Origin: Tubulanus polymorphus
Taxonomy: Eukaryota > Animalia > Nemertea
Assembly: GCF_964204645.1 (NCBI RefSeq)
Contig: NC_134027.1
Location: 10,696,485-10,760,484, forward strand
DNA length: 64,000 nucleotides
Direction: 5' to 3'
Shown here: positions 22,168 through 36,927 of the stretch, one piece after another
Numbering within the stretch: the stretch's first letter is position 1
Layout of the letters: each line of letters begins with the position of its first letter
Position numbers and translations under genes: made by a program
The notes under the pieces: model-generated
Database searches by the model: none
Told to the model about the DNA's origin: nothing
Seen by the model: only the letters and a program-made list of their open reading frames with translations

Positions 22168-24588
22168 ATTGTCTATATATCCTTTAGCTGGTTTAGCATT
22201 TTGGCGCACCAAAAATGGATATTTTGACAAATTTCGGCTATTCTTTATTCGTTAACCGTTTAGTTTTTGATTTTGACATCTTGGCGCCTTTATTTGCATA
22301 CCGAATAATTTTCACGATGTCTCGAATCAGCGATCATTATTTTACCTATCGGGAAATTTATCCGGTAAGCAAAGTGGATTTTTGTAGGGTAATTAAACGT
22401 CTTTGTTTTTCATTTTGGCGTTTTCATCGGGGTCTCTTATGCCTCATAGAAAACGGCCATCTATTTGTCCAAAGATTATTTTGCAACATCGTTCATCGAT
22501 TGTCACGATGTATCAACACACGGTATATTCAAAAATTACTGTAATGATATCCCCGCTCCGTGAGAAATTGAAAACGACGTGCTTTGAAGCGGTTGATGTA
22601 GAATTGCCTTTGAAATTGATGACATAATCGACTTTAAATTCACACACTAGCCTCGAATTATCAAAAAAGTAATAATAAGAAATGAAGTCAGTATCAAGTC
22701 AGTATCCTATTGACGTGAATTCCTTGCTAGCAATCGGGAGAGAATGCCTAGCCACGTTGGCAAAGATTAACTGACAACATCTGATAAGCATCACGTGATC
22801 TCACAAAACGTTTTATTCTCTACAAAAATAGAAAATACATTTCCTTCTTTTCCGTACATTAAGAAAACGAGCAAAATAACGAACACTAATATAAATATAC
22901 ATAATGAATGTACGTCGATCCAATGTATATGCGTTTCGGATCGTTACGGAGAATTTTGTAGATATTTACTGGTTAAAAGGAAGAACTATTACGTTTTAAT
23001 TCAATTCAATTCAAACTGCTTTTTGGAGGTTTAGGTTTATAATTAACAAATCAGCAGATACAAGTCAACGAGCTATTGCAGATATACATAAATATACATT
23101 ATAAGCATTTAAACGTAAGTGAGCGAGAACTAATGAAATGCAATGAGATATAAGATGGTTGAGAATCACATCAGTACCGGATAGCGGTTTGTTAAATCAG
23201 ACAATATTGTACAAGCAAGGCAGACCCAAAGGCAGAAGAGTGTCATGAGCGTTATATATGATATCTATTTTGTTGGACTTTTCCAATATTTTCCAATATC
23301 TATTCGGTTATCTTTTTCACAGATATTTCCTGGTTTCTCATCCTTGGTAACTGGATCATCTAGCCTACGACTTCGATCACAGGTGCCTGGTTAAGACTCG
23401 CGGAGGTGGCGGGTCCTACCCATCTGGGATGAATTGTTTTATCTTCCCACTTGTAACTTATAACACACCATTCTAAGTAATGTTATGATAAGCAATTTTA
23501 AAGATTAAAAAAAAACGTGCAAAACTACATCAGTTTGTATTCTTATGCTCATAAAAATCCAGTTTAAGAAGGTATGAATGGGCATATCTCGTAGTGAGAA
23601 TTTAATGTCTATTAGCGTTGATACTTAGTTCAGTTTGTGTGTCGTTATTGTATTCCTAGGAATTTGTCGTGTTCTATGTTTGCATGGTTAGGGACCAAAC
23701 TACGGGCTCAGTTTGTCACCAAGACCCACTTCCAACTCTTACCAAATTTTGCGTAGTATAATGATAAGAGACGTAGCTTGAACTAGTCGCAGAGCACCAG
23801 GAAATATTTGGGAGAGCGCCGGGGATAGCGCTGGGGAGAGATCAGGACAACACACCAAAGCAAACTAAAAACCATAACGTAGGAAGAATGTTGTAGGTGT
23901 TGAGTGATAACCGAATTTGGTTGAATGTAGTAGTTATCATCAGTTACATCCAGTAGTCAAGTTGATTCCCTCTTCGGGTCGCATAACAGTAACTTCGGGG
24001 AGCACACGCGCGGCGAAGGTCTCTTCTCCTTTTTTCGCTATGGAGTTTATATCAATCTCCTCTGGTGAGTTTGAATTACCGCGTGGGTTATTCTGAGTAT
24101 TCTAATTAATGGGAATATCAACTATCAATGTATATAACCCGTCTGCGGCTACATTTTCCCTATCTTTTCTATTTATCGAGACAATAAGCATTATTACGAA
24201 CACAAATATAAACGTACTTCCATCCAATGTATATGTGCGTATCGGATCGTTACGGAACATTTTGTAGCTATGCACCGGTCGATTGTCGAAGGTGATGCGT
24301 TTACACCTCATCTGAAGTATCGATTAAATTACCAGTATGAGTATTGTAGTTTCGGTCATTGAGTCGACCACTTGTTAGATACAGGTCATTGACCACGCGA
24401 TTTCCGTTTGACAGTGAAAAGTAATCAGATTCGTCTTTAGAATCGAAAGCTTCATTGATTAGTCCGCTATCCGACTTTCTAACGGCTGAATCTCTGTTAT
24501 CTGTTCGCATAGATATTTCCATCAGGTCATCGTCATTCACTTCGTAATACGGACTTTCCGCCTGTTCGTCCGAAGGATCGAGTTCCAA

Positions 24589-27500
24589 CTAGTAGGGGTC
24601 AAAGTTGTCAAAATCGATGTCGTTCAACGTGCTTTCTACAATTATTACATGTTTATTGAATTTGAATGAAACAATTCCTGCAGGATACGTATGTTGAGAC
24701 TTGTTTAGAAATAAAGCTTTATCCTGTGAAACATGAATAGAAAATATCAAACCCCGATGTATGTCTGAAAACTTTCTGAACAAGTCTTAAATAACAGTGA
24801 ACGGAGCAATAATGATATAGTAATGAATAAATCTTTTACCGATTCAATTCAATTCAATTAAAGATATTATTGTTCAGTATTTGGTACAGTATATGTTTAC
24901 CGTTTCTTCGATTCGAGTAGGGATCCAATTGTATGTCATCTGGGTCATATCGTTTTGAGTTTTGTCTAAAAAAGGACATATTCAAAATGGCCTTTGAGAA
25001 AAATCATAAAAAACGTCGCCAGCGCATATCTATGGTGGCTGATTCGGGCCATACAAAAAATACTATCTGTACGGCTAGAGACACGATAAAGAAACGTTTT
25101 ACGTCGGCCCATTTTTGTATTCTTGCGCGCGAAAACCAAACTTTTTGTTGTCTGAGCGCGTTAATTCAAAGAGTTTGGTTATCTCATGCAAGAATTCAAA
25201 AATGTAGGTTTTCTCGCGCGATGGGACAAACAAATTTTGAATTTTCACGTGGAAAAACCAAACTCCTTGAATTCTCACACCGGGAAAACCAAAATTCTTT
25301 ATTTTTTTTCCGCGCGAGAAAACAGAAAAATGGGCCAAGTAAACATCTATTCATCATGCTTCTAGCCGTACGGAAATATTTTTTGAATGGCCCAAATCAA
25401 ATTAGTCACCATACATATATCTTTGAGGCGAGCGGAATTGGCTGTTAAGGGTTTGATTGAAGAAATTCACTCACACATTCTTCTTTTCTCTACACGTCAG
25501 CAATCCTGAAATGCAAAGAAAAGACTGTTGTATTGCTACTATCGCATAGAATTTTCTGCTACAGATTTTGTGTCGTGTACGGAATATGGTAACTTGATCG
25601 AAGCTTTTCAGTTAGTATCTACAAGAAGGTTTTGGTTTTTACTATTTTTACTCTACTATTTGGTTTTTACTAAGACTATTACGCACAAAAACTGCGACTT
25701 ATCGCTGAATAATTAATGTAAAGGGAATTCAGAAAATCGTACCTCGCATTCGGATGATTATAGTCACGCTTATGATGATAAAGATAACCGCAGACCCAGC
25801 GACGATCCCGGCAATCATCGACATTTTGTCTACAAATGGATAAAAATGTTGCGACTGACAAAAAACTTCTCAAAACACAGGCGCTGAAATCATCAAAGTG
25901 AGATCACTATCTCACCGAGTAAATCGGTTACAGATAACAATGAACAAATATAAGGCTGTTTCATTAGGTGTATTTGTAAGAATTGTCCGATATTTAGTGG
26001 ATGAATGGGCAGTGGAAAAAGCCAATTATCAATCTATGCCCACCTAATGTTTGTGGTGAAGGTGGAACGGTGGAACGTGGTTCTACAGCCGCGGAACCGA
26101 TGGAGGTTGCAGCGTTAGTTGATGACACCGATGATAGATCAGTGGCAGTTATTGGAGACTTCGTTGTCGATGACGATGTCGTCTGTATTTCTGAATGAGA
26201 TACTGTAGATGTTTCACTTGTATCAGGCATAGAGGTCGTGCTGTTTGTAGGTATCTGAGTTGTTCTATCTTTGAAATTTGTAGATTGAGTTGTTGAAACT
26301 GAAAATAACGAAACCATAGAAGTTTCCGAAAGAACACAAAAACGGGTTTTGTTGCGCTGCGCACTGTATTCATTTGAGTTACATCATGATCCGAGTATTT
26401 CGGCCATAGATAACAGTACCGATAGTAGCAATTGATGACACTGATGATGGATCATTAGTGGCAGTTATTGAAGGGTTCGTCGGCTGTATTTCTGAATGAG
26501 ATACTGTAGATTCATCACTTGTAACAGGCATTGAAGAAGTCACACTGCTTGTAAGTATCGGAGTTGTTGGAATTGATGCTGACAAAACCACAGATGTTTC
26601 CGACTGAGTGGAAGGCACTGTTGACGAACTTGAATGAAGTAATGTCGATGCATCTTCTGGAAGAGACGTCGTAGTTGTCGCGATTGTAGATTGAGTTGTT
26701 GAGACTGAAAATAACGAAACCATGGAAGTTCCGGAAAGAAACGACGAAACCAGATGATTAACGTTAAGTCGGTGGAGTAGGCTTCGTTAGAACTTGAAAA
26801 AAATATCGACAGTCTTTGTATTTTCCAACGCAAAATTCTTTATTCGACCTACTTTTCGAAATGCGTAGTTCGCTAATATTTTCTCACCTGTGGTTAAATG
26901 TATAGATTGTGTCAAATTAGCTAAGTAGATATCGTCGTAAACGACTCTACATTCTAGAACCGTGTAGTAATCGGATAAGCCTTCCTCATTCAATTCGCTT
27001 CGATGTTGAGATTGCATGGATCCACTGGATCGGATGTCATTATAGAATGTTGGTTGAAGTCTGGTGAAAATTCCACTCAAAGTTTTTGCCCACCATTGCA
27101 CTTGACTTTTTGGGTAACTTGGCGGCAAGGTCTCGCACACATACATCGTGACATTCGCCTGCGTTAAAACTGCCTCGTTGGGTTCGACTGATGAAAGGAT
27201 ATTATTTTCTAAGTTAGAATGTTACATGAAATTAAGGATTATCCAAGCAATAGTTATTATTTCACACGGACAAACCTTTAATAATAAGCCGAACAGAACC
27301 CATTAGAAGACCTTTGCCAGGAATTAGGCATTTACAGGAGTACGTTCCTGCGTTGTCCGGTGTAACATTATTCATTTTCATTAGATTATGTTCGGAAAAT
27401 TCAATGACGCCTGCCTGTATTTTCGACCATTCGCATGTATAATTTCCGGTAACATTGAATTTTACGATTAACGCCATTCCTGGTTCTAAGGTGATGTTTT

Positions 27501-27767
27501 TAGTAGTTCCATCGGGTTGTATGATAACTACAGCATTTACACATAGAAGAGAAAAAATTTGGTATTATGGAATTCAAAGAAGAAAAAACATGATAATTCG
27601 TTGGAAGCATTTATATCTAAATTTTCAATGAGGTGAGCTTGTCTAGTTTTTTAAACCAAATCTGAACAACTATCCTATCGTGCAGAATTCAAATTACCTT
27701 CAATCGCTGTACACACGAAGCAATGGACTAATACAATGATAACACAAGTCCAACATCCTGACTTCAT
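24589..27767 (-). CDS. Ig-Ig-mucin-TM receptor, copy 1 (short tail)
   Basis: GT-AG exons: 27698-27767 signal MKSGCWTCVIIVLVHCFVCTA; 27276-27527 Ig (DNAGTYSC); 26888-27208 Ig; 26420-26704 and 26044-26298 S/T-rich; 25743-25829 TM; 25475-25505; 24901-24965; last exon ends at TAG 24589-24591. Confidence 0.8.
25031..25413. mobile_element. Intronic MITE (also at 31355-31731 and 38374-38754)
   Basis: TATGGTGGCTGATTCGGGCCAT...ATGGCCCAAATC..AGTCACCATA; the paralog has an empty site at ~61440. Confidence 0.85.
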
Positions 27768-30332
27768 TTTTCTCGTATCGTTTACGCTAAACGCTTAACA
27801 TACTGTATATTTCTGAAATATATACACGAGAGGGCACCTTCAGAAGAATACGTTGAAAATTCCGCACGCCTTAACATTGCGAATCGAATTGTGATGTATT
27901 CCATATCAACGTTTTAATCCAATGACAAATGCATAATGCCCTTCCCATTTTTTTTCATTTTTGTCTGATAAAAAGAGAACGATGATTTCAAAAAAGATCA
28001 TTCGATAAATTTCGTGTGATTCATGAAGGCTGTACATTTGGCCATATAGTTGAATATACACTAAAATACAACTATATATATATATATTCATATATATATA
28101 TATATATATATACGCTCCTTAGTTTACCGAGTCATTGTCTTCCTCGTCAGGTTGTATGTATTAACCAAATACGGAATTTCCCAACGTCGAAATTTTCTAT
28201 TGAAATCAGGAACAAGATCTCGTCACCGCAAAACATTCATGCGCGTACCGGTATGCGGAAGCTTTTCGAGTCGTTTCTTGAGAACCCTCTTCAAATGAAT
28301 TTCATACAATTTTAATGATATTCACTTTTCGTGTTGACAGAAAAACGCTAACTGGGCCCATTATTTCAAGCAGCCTTCGTGTACTATTTGGATCATTCTG
28401 CAATTTGCCGAAAATCAGTTCACTCGACGGCCAACGGCAATGCATCAACTGCCTGATTTGTTCAGGCTTGATAGATCAGTATTTTGCTTATAAATGGAGT
28501 TTTATATTGTGGTGCACTGCTGCTAATAAATTAATTAATAAAATGAAACGAATTCATTTTTCATAGAGGATTATATTTTGTAATAAATGTATCGTGATTG
28601 GTCTTTCAACAACCAAACGTGTATCATCAGCCATCAATTATATGGGATTCTTCAATCCAACTCATTCATTTGGCAAACAGAACATTGGGTGGGTGATTTC
28701 CATGTGAGAATGTATTCTGTATTCTTGGATTTTAATTTAGAGTTAAATGCTATGTTAATATTGTCGTTGAAATTTTTTGAATCTTTAATTGTCTATTTGG
28801 ATGTAATAGATTTATCTTTGCACCAAACCACGTCGCCATACTCCACTGAATTTGTTACTATTTTCATATAACCATACTTTTTATTCGTTCTGACATCTCG
28901 TAAAGTGTGGTTTTCTTTCATTTAACATAAATTGAACAAATCATTTCACTTCGTTTTGTTTAGTTTCATTCTTCCAAAGAGTATATTTTTGTCAATCATA
29001 ACCCATTTCAATCTGATCCAGGGGGTGTATAACTTGATTTGACAATTAGGATTTTGGCAGCGTAGAATACCACATACAGACTGCTTTCGACTGAGTGGAA
29101 TGAAATGGTATTTCACAGAAAATGAATGAACGAGTATCTGCAGAGAACAGAAAATGATAATGAAACGTGTCTGTTTTACATTTCTAAGCGCGAATCCGAA
29201 TCAATAAGATTATCGATAAACCGTAGTGACTGCTTCGTACGGTATAGTAGCGATCTGGGGAGAAATTCTTTTTTGAAAATTAATGAAAATTCGATTTTCT
29301 ACGTTCGTATTCTGTACCGACAGCTATTTGATTCCGACTTCCAGGGGATTCCTTGTAATGAAACATAGGATATTGGAGTTGTTTTGCGTTTTCTGAAGAT
29401 TATCAAATCGCTAGAGGATTTATGCCTATGTCGTCATAGCCTCGAAAGCCCATTTACCTTGATAATCAGTTCGGTTCGTCTCGGATCAATAGGTAAAATT
29501 CCCGAATTATAAATTTGGGAGCAAAAGAAAAAATTCTTTGGATTCCTAGGAATTTGTCGTGTTCTATGTTCGCATGTTTAGGGACCAAACTCTGGGCTCA
29601 GTTCGTCACCAAGACCCACATCCAACTCTAACTCACAACTGTGGAACTGGGCCCATGTTGCTAGGGATATGAATTCTTGCAACTTGATTGGCGAATCAGG
29701 TTCCGAGCTGGGTTCCCGGTCCTCCCCAAACGTAGCGGCATCGGCCACGAGAGTAATTTCTAGGGTACCAACTTTTGCGAAGTATAATGATAAGAGACGT
29801 AGCTTGAACTAGTCGGAGAGCACCAGGGAATATTTGGGAGAGCGCCGGGGAGAGCGCTGGGGAAAGATCTAGCAAACTAGAACCATAACGTAGGAAGAAA
29901 TAAGCTGACAGATGTTGTAGGTGTTGATTGATAACCGAATTTGGTTGAATGAAGTATTTATCATCATTTACACCGAGTAGTCAAGTTGATTCCTTCTTCG
30001 GGTCGCATAACAGTAACTTCGGGGAGCACAAGCGCGGTGACGGTCTCTTCTCCTTTTTTCGCTATGGAGTTTATATCAATCTCCTCTGGTTAGTTTGAAA
30101 TATCGCGTGGGTTATTCTGAGTATTCTAATTAATGGGAATATCAATTATGAATGTAGATAACCCGTCTGCGGCTACATTTTCCCTATCTTTTCTATCTAT
30201 CGAGACAACCAGCATTATAACGAACACAAATATGAACGTATTTCCATCCAATATATATATATGCGTTTCGGATCGTTACGGAATATTTTGCAGCTATGCA
30301 CCGGTTGACTGTCGAAGGTGATGCGTTTACAC

Positions 30333-33300
30333 CTAATCTGAAGTATCGATTGAATTACCAGTACGAGTAATGTAGTTTTGGTCATTGAGTCGACTACTTG
30401 TTACATACAGGTCATTCTCGATGACCACGCGATTTCCGTTTGACAGCGAAAAGTAATCAGATTCGTCTTTAGAATCGAAAGCTTCATTGATTAGTCCGCT
30501 ATCCGGCTTTCTAACGGCTGGATCTCTGTTATCTGTTCGCATAGATATTTCCATCAGGTCATCGTCATTCACTTCGTAATACGGACTTTCCGCCTGTTCG
30601 TCCGAAGGATCGAGTTCCAACTAGTAGTAGTCAAAGTTGTCAAAATCGATGTCGTTCAACGTGCTTTCTACAATTATAACATGTTTATCGAATTTGAATG
30701 AAATGAGGAAATTCGTAAACGGGTTTTTGAAAGTAGAAATGTTTAAACACATATACAGAGGGAGGTTATAAATTTGAATCCGAATATTCCATAAAACTGC
30801 TGTAGCTGTAATAAATCTACGATACTAATAATCTAAGATACGAGTTGTTGTGATATGTTTGGAAACAAATCGACTCAAGCGATACTTGGTGCAGAATTTA
30901 TTGGATGAGCATTTTTGATGGAAAGAAATTTCCCTCACCGCGCACTAGATTTGGTAATTCATTTTCGTCCTCCACTTTCATTTTCTTGTCGACTTCTGCA
31001 TAAAAATGAGATACATCTCAGATTCGAAAGACATTTGACAATCATTCTGCACGTATTCTGTGTAGAAAATATCGAACCCCGATGTATGTCTGAAAACTTT
31101 CTGAACAAGTCTTTAATAAAAGTGAACGGAGCATTAATAATATAGTAATAAATAAATCTTTTTCCGATTCAATTCAATTCAATTAAAGATATTATTGTTC
31201 AGTATTTGGTACAGTATATGTTTACCGTTTCTTCGATTCAAGTAGGGATCCAATTCTATGTCATCTGGGTTATATCGTTTTGAGTTGTGTCTAAAAAGGA
31301 CATATTTAAAATGGCCTTTGAGAAAAATCATAAAAAAAGTTGCCAGCGCATATCTATGGTGGCTGATTCGGGCCATACTAAAAACACTATCTGTACGGCT
31401 AGAGACACGATAAAGAAACTTTTTACGTCGGCCAATTTTTGTATTCTCGCGCGCGAAAAATTTTGTGTTGTCTGAGCGCGTTAATTCAAAGAGTTTGGTT
31501 ATCTCATGCGATAATTCAAAAATGTAGGTTTTCTCGCGCGATAGGACAAAAAATTTTGAATCTTCACGTGGAAAAACCAAACTCCTTGTATTCTCACGCG
31601 AGAAAACCAAAATTCTTTAATTTTTTCCGCGCGAGAAAACGGAAAAAATGGGCCAAGTAAACATCTATTCATCGTGCCTCTAGCCGTACGGAAATATCTT
31701 TTGAATGACCCAAATCAAATCAGTCACCATACATATATCTTTGAGGCGAGCGGAATTGGCTGTTAAGGGTTTGATTGAAGAAATTCACTCACACATTCTT
31801 CTTTTCTCTACACGTCAGCAATCCTGAAATGCAAAGAAAAGACTGTTGTATTGCTACTATCGCATAAAATTTTCTGCTACAGATTTTGTGTCGTGTACGG
31901 AATATGCAAACTTGATCGAAGCTTTTCAGTTAGTATCCACAAGAAGATTTTGGTTTTTACTATTTTTACTCTACTATTTGGTTTTTACTAAGACTATTAC
32001 GTACAAAAAACTGCGACCTTTTCGCTGAATGGAGTTTAATTAATGTAAAGGGAATTCAGAAAATCGTACCTCGCCTTCGGATGAATATTGTCACGCTTAT
32101 GATGATAAAGATATAAACCGCAGACCCAGCGACGATCCCGGCAATAAACGACATTTTGTCTACAAATGGATAAAAATGATGCGACTGACAAAAAACTTCT
32201 CAAAACACAGGCGCTGAAATCATCAAAGTGAGATCACTATCTCACCGAGTAAATCGGTTATAGATAACAATGAACAAATATAAGGCTGTTTCATTAGGTG
32301 TATTTGTAAGAATTGTCCGATATTTAGTGGAAAAAGCCACTTATCAATCTATACCCACCTGATGTTTGTGGTGAAGGTGGAACGGTGGAACGTGGTCCTG
32401 CAGCCGCGGAATCGATGGAAGCAGCAGCGTTAGTTGATAACACCGATGATAGATTAGTGACAGTTGTTGGAGACTTCGTTGTCGATGACGATGTCGTCTG
32501 TATTTCTGAATATGATACTGTAGACCCATCACTTGTAATAGGCATAGAGGTCGTGCTGTCTGTAGGTATCTGAGTTGTTCTATCTTTGAAGTTTGTAGAT
32601 TGAGTTGTTGAAACTGAAAATTACGAAACCATAGAAGTTCCCGAAAGAACAGAAAAACGGGTTTTGTTGCGCTGCGCACTGTAATCATTTGAGTTACATC
32701 ATGATCCGAGTATTTCGGCCATAGATAACAGTATACAAATAGATAACAAGATTGGTTCACAATGGTTTTTTTGTAAAGATAATCGTCAATACCGATAGTA
32801 GCAGTTGATGACACTGATGATGGATCATTAGTGGCAGTTATTGAAGGGTTCGTCGGCTCTATTTTTGAATGAGATACTGTAGATGCATCACTTGTAACAG
32901 GCATTGAAGAAGTCACATTGCTTGTAAGTATTGGAGCTGTTGGAATTGATGCTGACAAAACCACAGATGTTTCCGACTGAGTGGAAGGCACTGTTGACGA
33001 ACTTGAATGAGGTAATGTCGATGCATCTTCTGGAAGAGACGTCGTAGTTGTCGCGTTTGTAGATTGAGTTGTTGCAACTGAAAGTAACGAAACCATGGAA
33101 GTTCCGGAAAGAAACGACGAAACCAGATGAAACGTTAAGTCGGTGGAGAAGGCTTCGTTGGAACTTGAAAAAAATATCGACAGTCTTTGTATTTTCCAAC
33201 GCGAAATTCTTTAATCGACTTACTTTTCGAAATGCGTAGGTCGCTAATATTTTCTCACCTGTTATTAAATGTATAGATTGTGTCAAATTAGCTAAGTAGA

Positions 33301-34146
33301 TATCGTCGTAAACGACTCTACATTCTAGAACCGTGTAGTAATCGGATAAGCCTTCCTCATTCAATTCGCTTCGATGTTGATATCGCATGAGTCCACTGGA
33401 TCGGGTGTCATTATAGAATGTTGGTTGAAGTCTGGTGAAAATTCCACTCAAAGTTTTTGCCCAGTATTGCACTTGACTTTTTGGGTAACTTGGCGGCAGA
33501 GTCTCGCAGACATACATCGTGCCATTCGACTGCGTTAAAACTGCCTCGTTGGGTTCGACTGATGAAAGGATATTATTTTCTAAGTTAGAATGTTACATGT
33601 AATTAAGGATTATCCAAGCAATAGTTATTATTTCACACGGACAAACCTTTAATATTAAGCCGAACAGAACCCATTAGAAGACCTTTGCCAGGAATTAGGC
33701 ATTTACAGGAGTACGTTCCTGCGTTGTCCGGTGTAACTCCATTAATTTTCATAAGATTATCTTCGGAAAAATCAATGACGCTTAGCAGTATTTTCAACCA
33801 TTCAGCAGCATTTATAATACCCGGTAACATTTAATTTTACGATTAACGCCATTCCTGGTTCTAAGGTGATGTTTTTAGTAGTTCCATCGGGTTGTATGAT
33901 AACTAAAGCATTTACACATACAAGAGAAAAAAATTTGGTATTATGAAATTCATAGAAGAAAACATATGATAATTCGTTATAAGCATGTATATCTAAATTT
34001 TCAATGAGTTAAGCCTGTCTAGTTTTTTTTAAAACAAACTCTGAACAACGATTCTATCGTGCATAATTCCAATTACCTTCAATCGCTGTACACACGAAGC
34101 AATGGACTAATACAATGATAACACAAGTCCAACATCCTGACTTCAT
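30333..34146 (-). pseudogene. Ig-Ig-mucin-TM receptor, copy 2
   Basis: Same exon set; 4-nt insertion (TGCT) near 33805 frameshifts Ig1; TAG at 30621-30623; deletion of two tail exons. Confidence 0.8.
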
Positions 34147-34534
34147 TTTTCTCGTATCGTTTACGCTAAACGCTTAACATACTGTATATTTCTGAGATAT
34201 ATATACACGAGCTGTCACCTTCAGAAGAGAACGTTGAAAATTCCGCACGCCCTAACATTTTGAATCGTATTGTAATGTATTCCATATCAACGTTTTAATC
34301 CAATGACAAATGCCTAATGCCCTTCCCATTGTTTTCATTTTTGTCTGATATAAAGAGAACGATGATTTCGAAAAGACCATTCGATAAATTCCGTACTTTC
34401 ACTGTCTTATAAAAGCTGTATATTTGGCCGTATAGTTGAGTGTACACAAAAATACAACTGTGATTCAAAGCAATCTGGTTATATATATACGCTCCTTTGT
34501 TTACCGAGTCATTGTCTTCCTCGACAGGTTGTAT

Positions 34535-34781
34535 GTTAAGAGATAAAAACCAACTATCTACAGATTAAAAGAATTTTAAAACCAATCTAAAATATATGAA
34601 ATACACGACGTTTCGCACCTGACGATGATCTCTAGGGTGATATCGAAACGTCGTGTATTTTATATATTAGACTGTTCGAATAAATAAATTCATGGTTTTA
34701 AAATTCTTTTAATCTGTAGATAGTGGGTTTTTTTTATCTTATTATCCGTTCACCACGTTTGAGTGTGGTTATCGTTCTTCT
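34535..34781. mobile_element. Penelope-like remnant with hammerhead-type core, present only in unit 2
   Basis: Flanked by an AGGTTGTAT duplication; inverted arms; CTGACGA(34619)...CGAAACGTCG. Confidence 0.7.
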
Positions 34782-36927
34782 AGGTTGTATTTATTAACCA
34801 AATATGAAATTTCCCAACGTCAAATGATTCTATTGAAATCAGGAACAAGAGTTCGTCACCGCAAAACATTCATGCGCGTACCGGTACGGAAGCTTTTCGA
34901 GTCGTTTCTTGAGAACCCGCTTCAAATGAATTTCATACAATTTTAATGATATTCACTTTTCGTGTTGACAGAAAAACGCTGGGCCCATTATTTCAAGCAG
35001 CTTTCGTATACTATTTGGATCATTCTGCTATTTGCTGAAAATCAGTTCACTCGACGGCCAACGGCAATGCATCAACTGCATGATTTATGTTATATTGATT
35101 TTATATTGTGGCGCAGTGCTGCTAAAAAATTAATTAATCAAATGAAACGAATTCATTTTTCATAGAGGGTTATATTTTGTAATGAATGTATCGTGATTGG
35201 TCTTTCAACCGTTAAACGTATATCATCAGCCATCAATTATATGGGATTCTTCAATCCAACTCATTCATTTGACCAACAGAGCATTGGGTGGGTGATTTCC
35301 ATGTGAGAATGTATTCTGTATTCTTGGATTTCAATTTAGGAGTTAAATGCTATGTTAATATTGTCGTTGAATTTTTTTAAATCTTTAATTGTCTATTTTG
35401 GATGAAATAGATTTATCTTTGCACCAAAACACGTCACCATACTATACTGAATTTGTTACTGTTTTCACATTACCATACTTTTTTTTCGTTCTGACATCTC
35501 GTAATTTGTGGTTTTCTTTCATTTAACATAAATTGAACAAATCATTTCACTTCGTATTGTATTAGTTTCATTCTTCCAAAGAGTAGATGCAAAATTTTGT
35601 CAATCATAACCCATTTCAATCTGATCTGATTCAATTAGGATTTTGGCAGCGTAGAATACCACATACAGACTGCTTTCGACTGAGTGGAATGAAATGGAAT
35701 TTCACAGAAAATGAATGAACGAGTATCTGCAGAGAGCAGAAAATGATAATGAAACGTGTCTTTTTTACATTCCTAAGCGCGAATCCGAATCAATAAGATT
35801 ATCAATAAACCGTAGTGGCTGCTTCGTACGGTAAAGTAGCGATCTGTGGAGAAATTCTTTTTTTGAAAATAAATGAAAATTCGATTCTCTACGTTCGTAT
35901 TCTCAACCGACAGCCATTTGATTCCGGCTTCGAGGGGATTCCTTGTAATGAAACATGGGATATTGGAGTTGTTTTGCGTTTTCTGAAGATTATCAAATCG
36001 CTAGAGGATTTATGCCTATGTCGTCATAGCCTCGAAAGCCCACTTACCTTGATAATCAGTTCGGTTCGTCTCGGATCAATAGGTAAAATTCCCGTTTTAT
36101 GAATTTGGAGACGAAAGTAAAAATTCTTAGGATTCCTAGGAATTTGTCGTGTTCTATGTTTGCATGTTTAGGGACCAAACTCCGGGCTCAGTTCGTCACC
36201 AAGACCCACTTCCAACTATAACTCACAACTGTGGAACTGGGCCCAAGTTGCTAGGGATATCAATTCGTGCATCTTGATGGGTAAATCGGGTTCCGAGTTT
36301 GGTTGTCGGTCCTCCCCAAAGGTAGCGGCATCGGCCACGAGAGTAATTTCTAGGGTACCAACTTTTGCGTAGTATAATGATAAGAGACGTAGCTTGAACT
36401 AGTTGGAGAGTACCAGGGAATATTTGGGAGAGCGCCGGGGAGAGCGCTGGGGAAAGATCAGGACAACACACCAAAGCAAACTAGAACCATAACGTAGGAA
36501 GAAATAAGCTGACAGATGTTTAGGTGTTGATTGATAACCGAATTTGGTTGAATGGAGTAGTTATCATCATTTACATCAAGTAGTCAAGTTGATTCCTTCT
36601 TCGGGTCGCATAACAGTAACTTCGGGGAGCACACGCGCGGCGAAGGTCTCTTCTCCTTTTTTCGCTATGGAGTTTATATCAATCTCCTCTGGTGAGTTTG
36701 AATTACCGCGTGGGTTATTCTGAGTATTCTAATTAATGGGAATATCAACTATCAATGTATATAACCCGTCTACGGCTACATTTTCCCTATCTTTTCTATT
36801 TATCGAGACAATAAGCATTATTACGAACACAAATATAAACGTATTTCCATTCAATGTATATGTGCGTATCGGATCGTTACGGAACATTTTGTAGCTATGC
36901 ACCGGTTGATTGTCGAAGGTGATGCGT

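Noticed and set aside
23350-23480. Possible tRNA or tRNA-derived SINE
   Set aside because: Only a weak B-box-like GGTTAAGACTC; no cloverleaf and no second copy seen.
24933-25448. ORFs recurring in all three units
   Set aside because: They lie in the intronic MITE, and frames are not conserved among copies.
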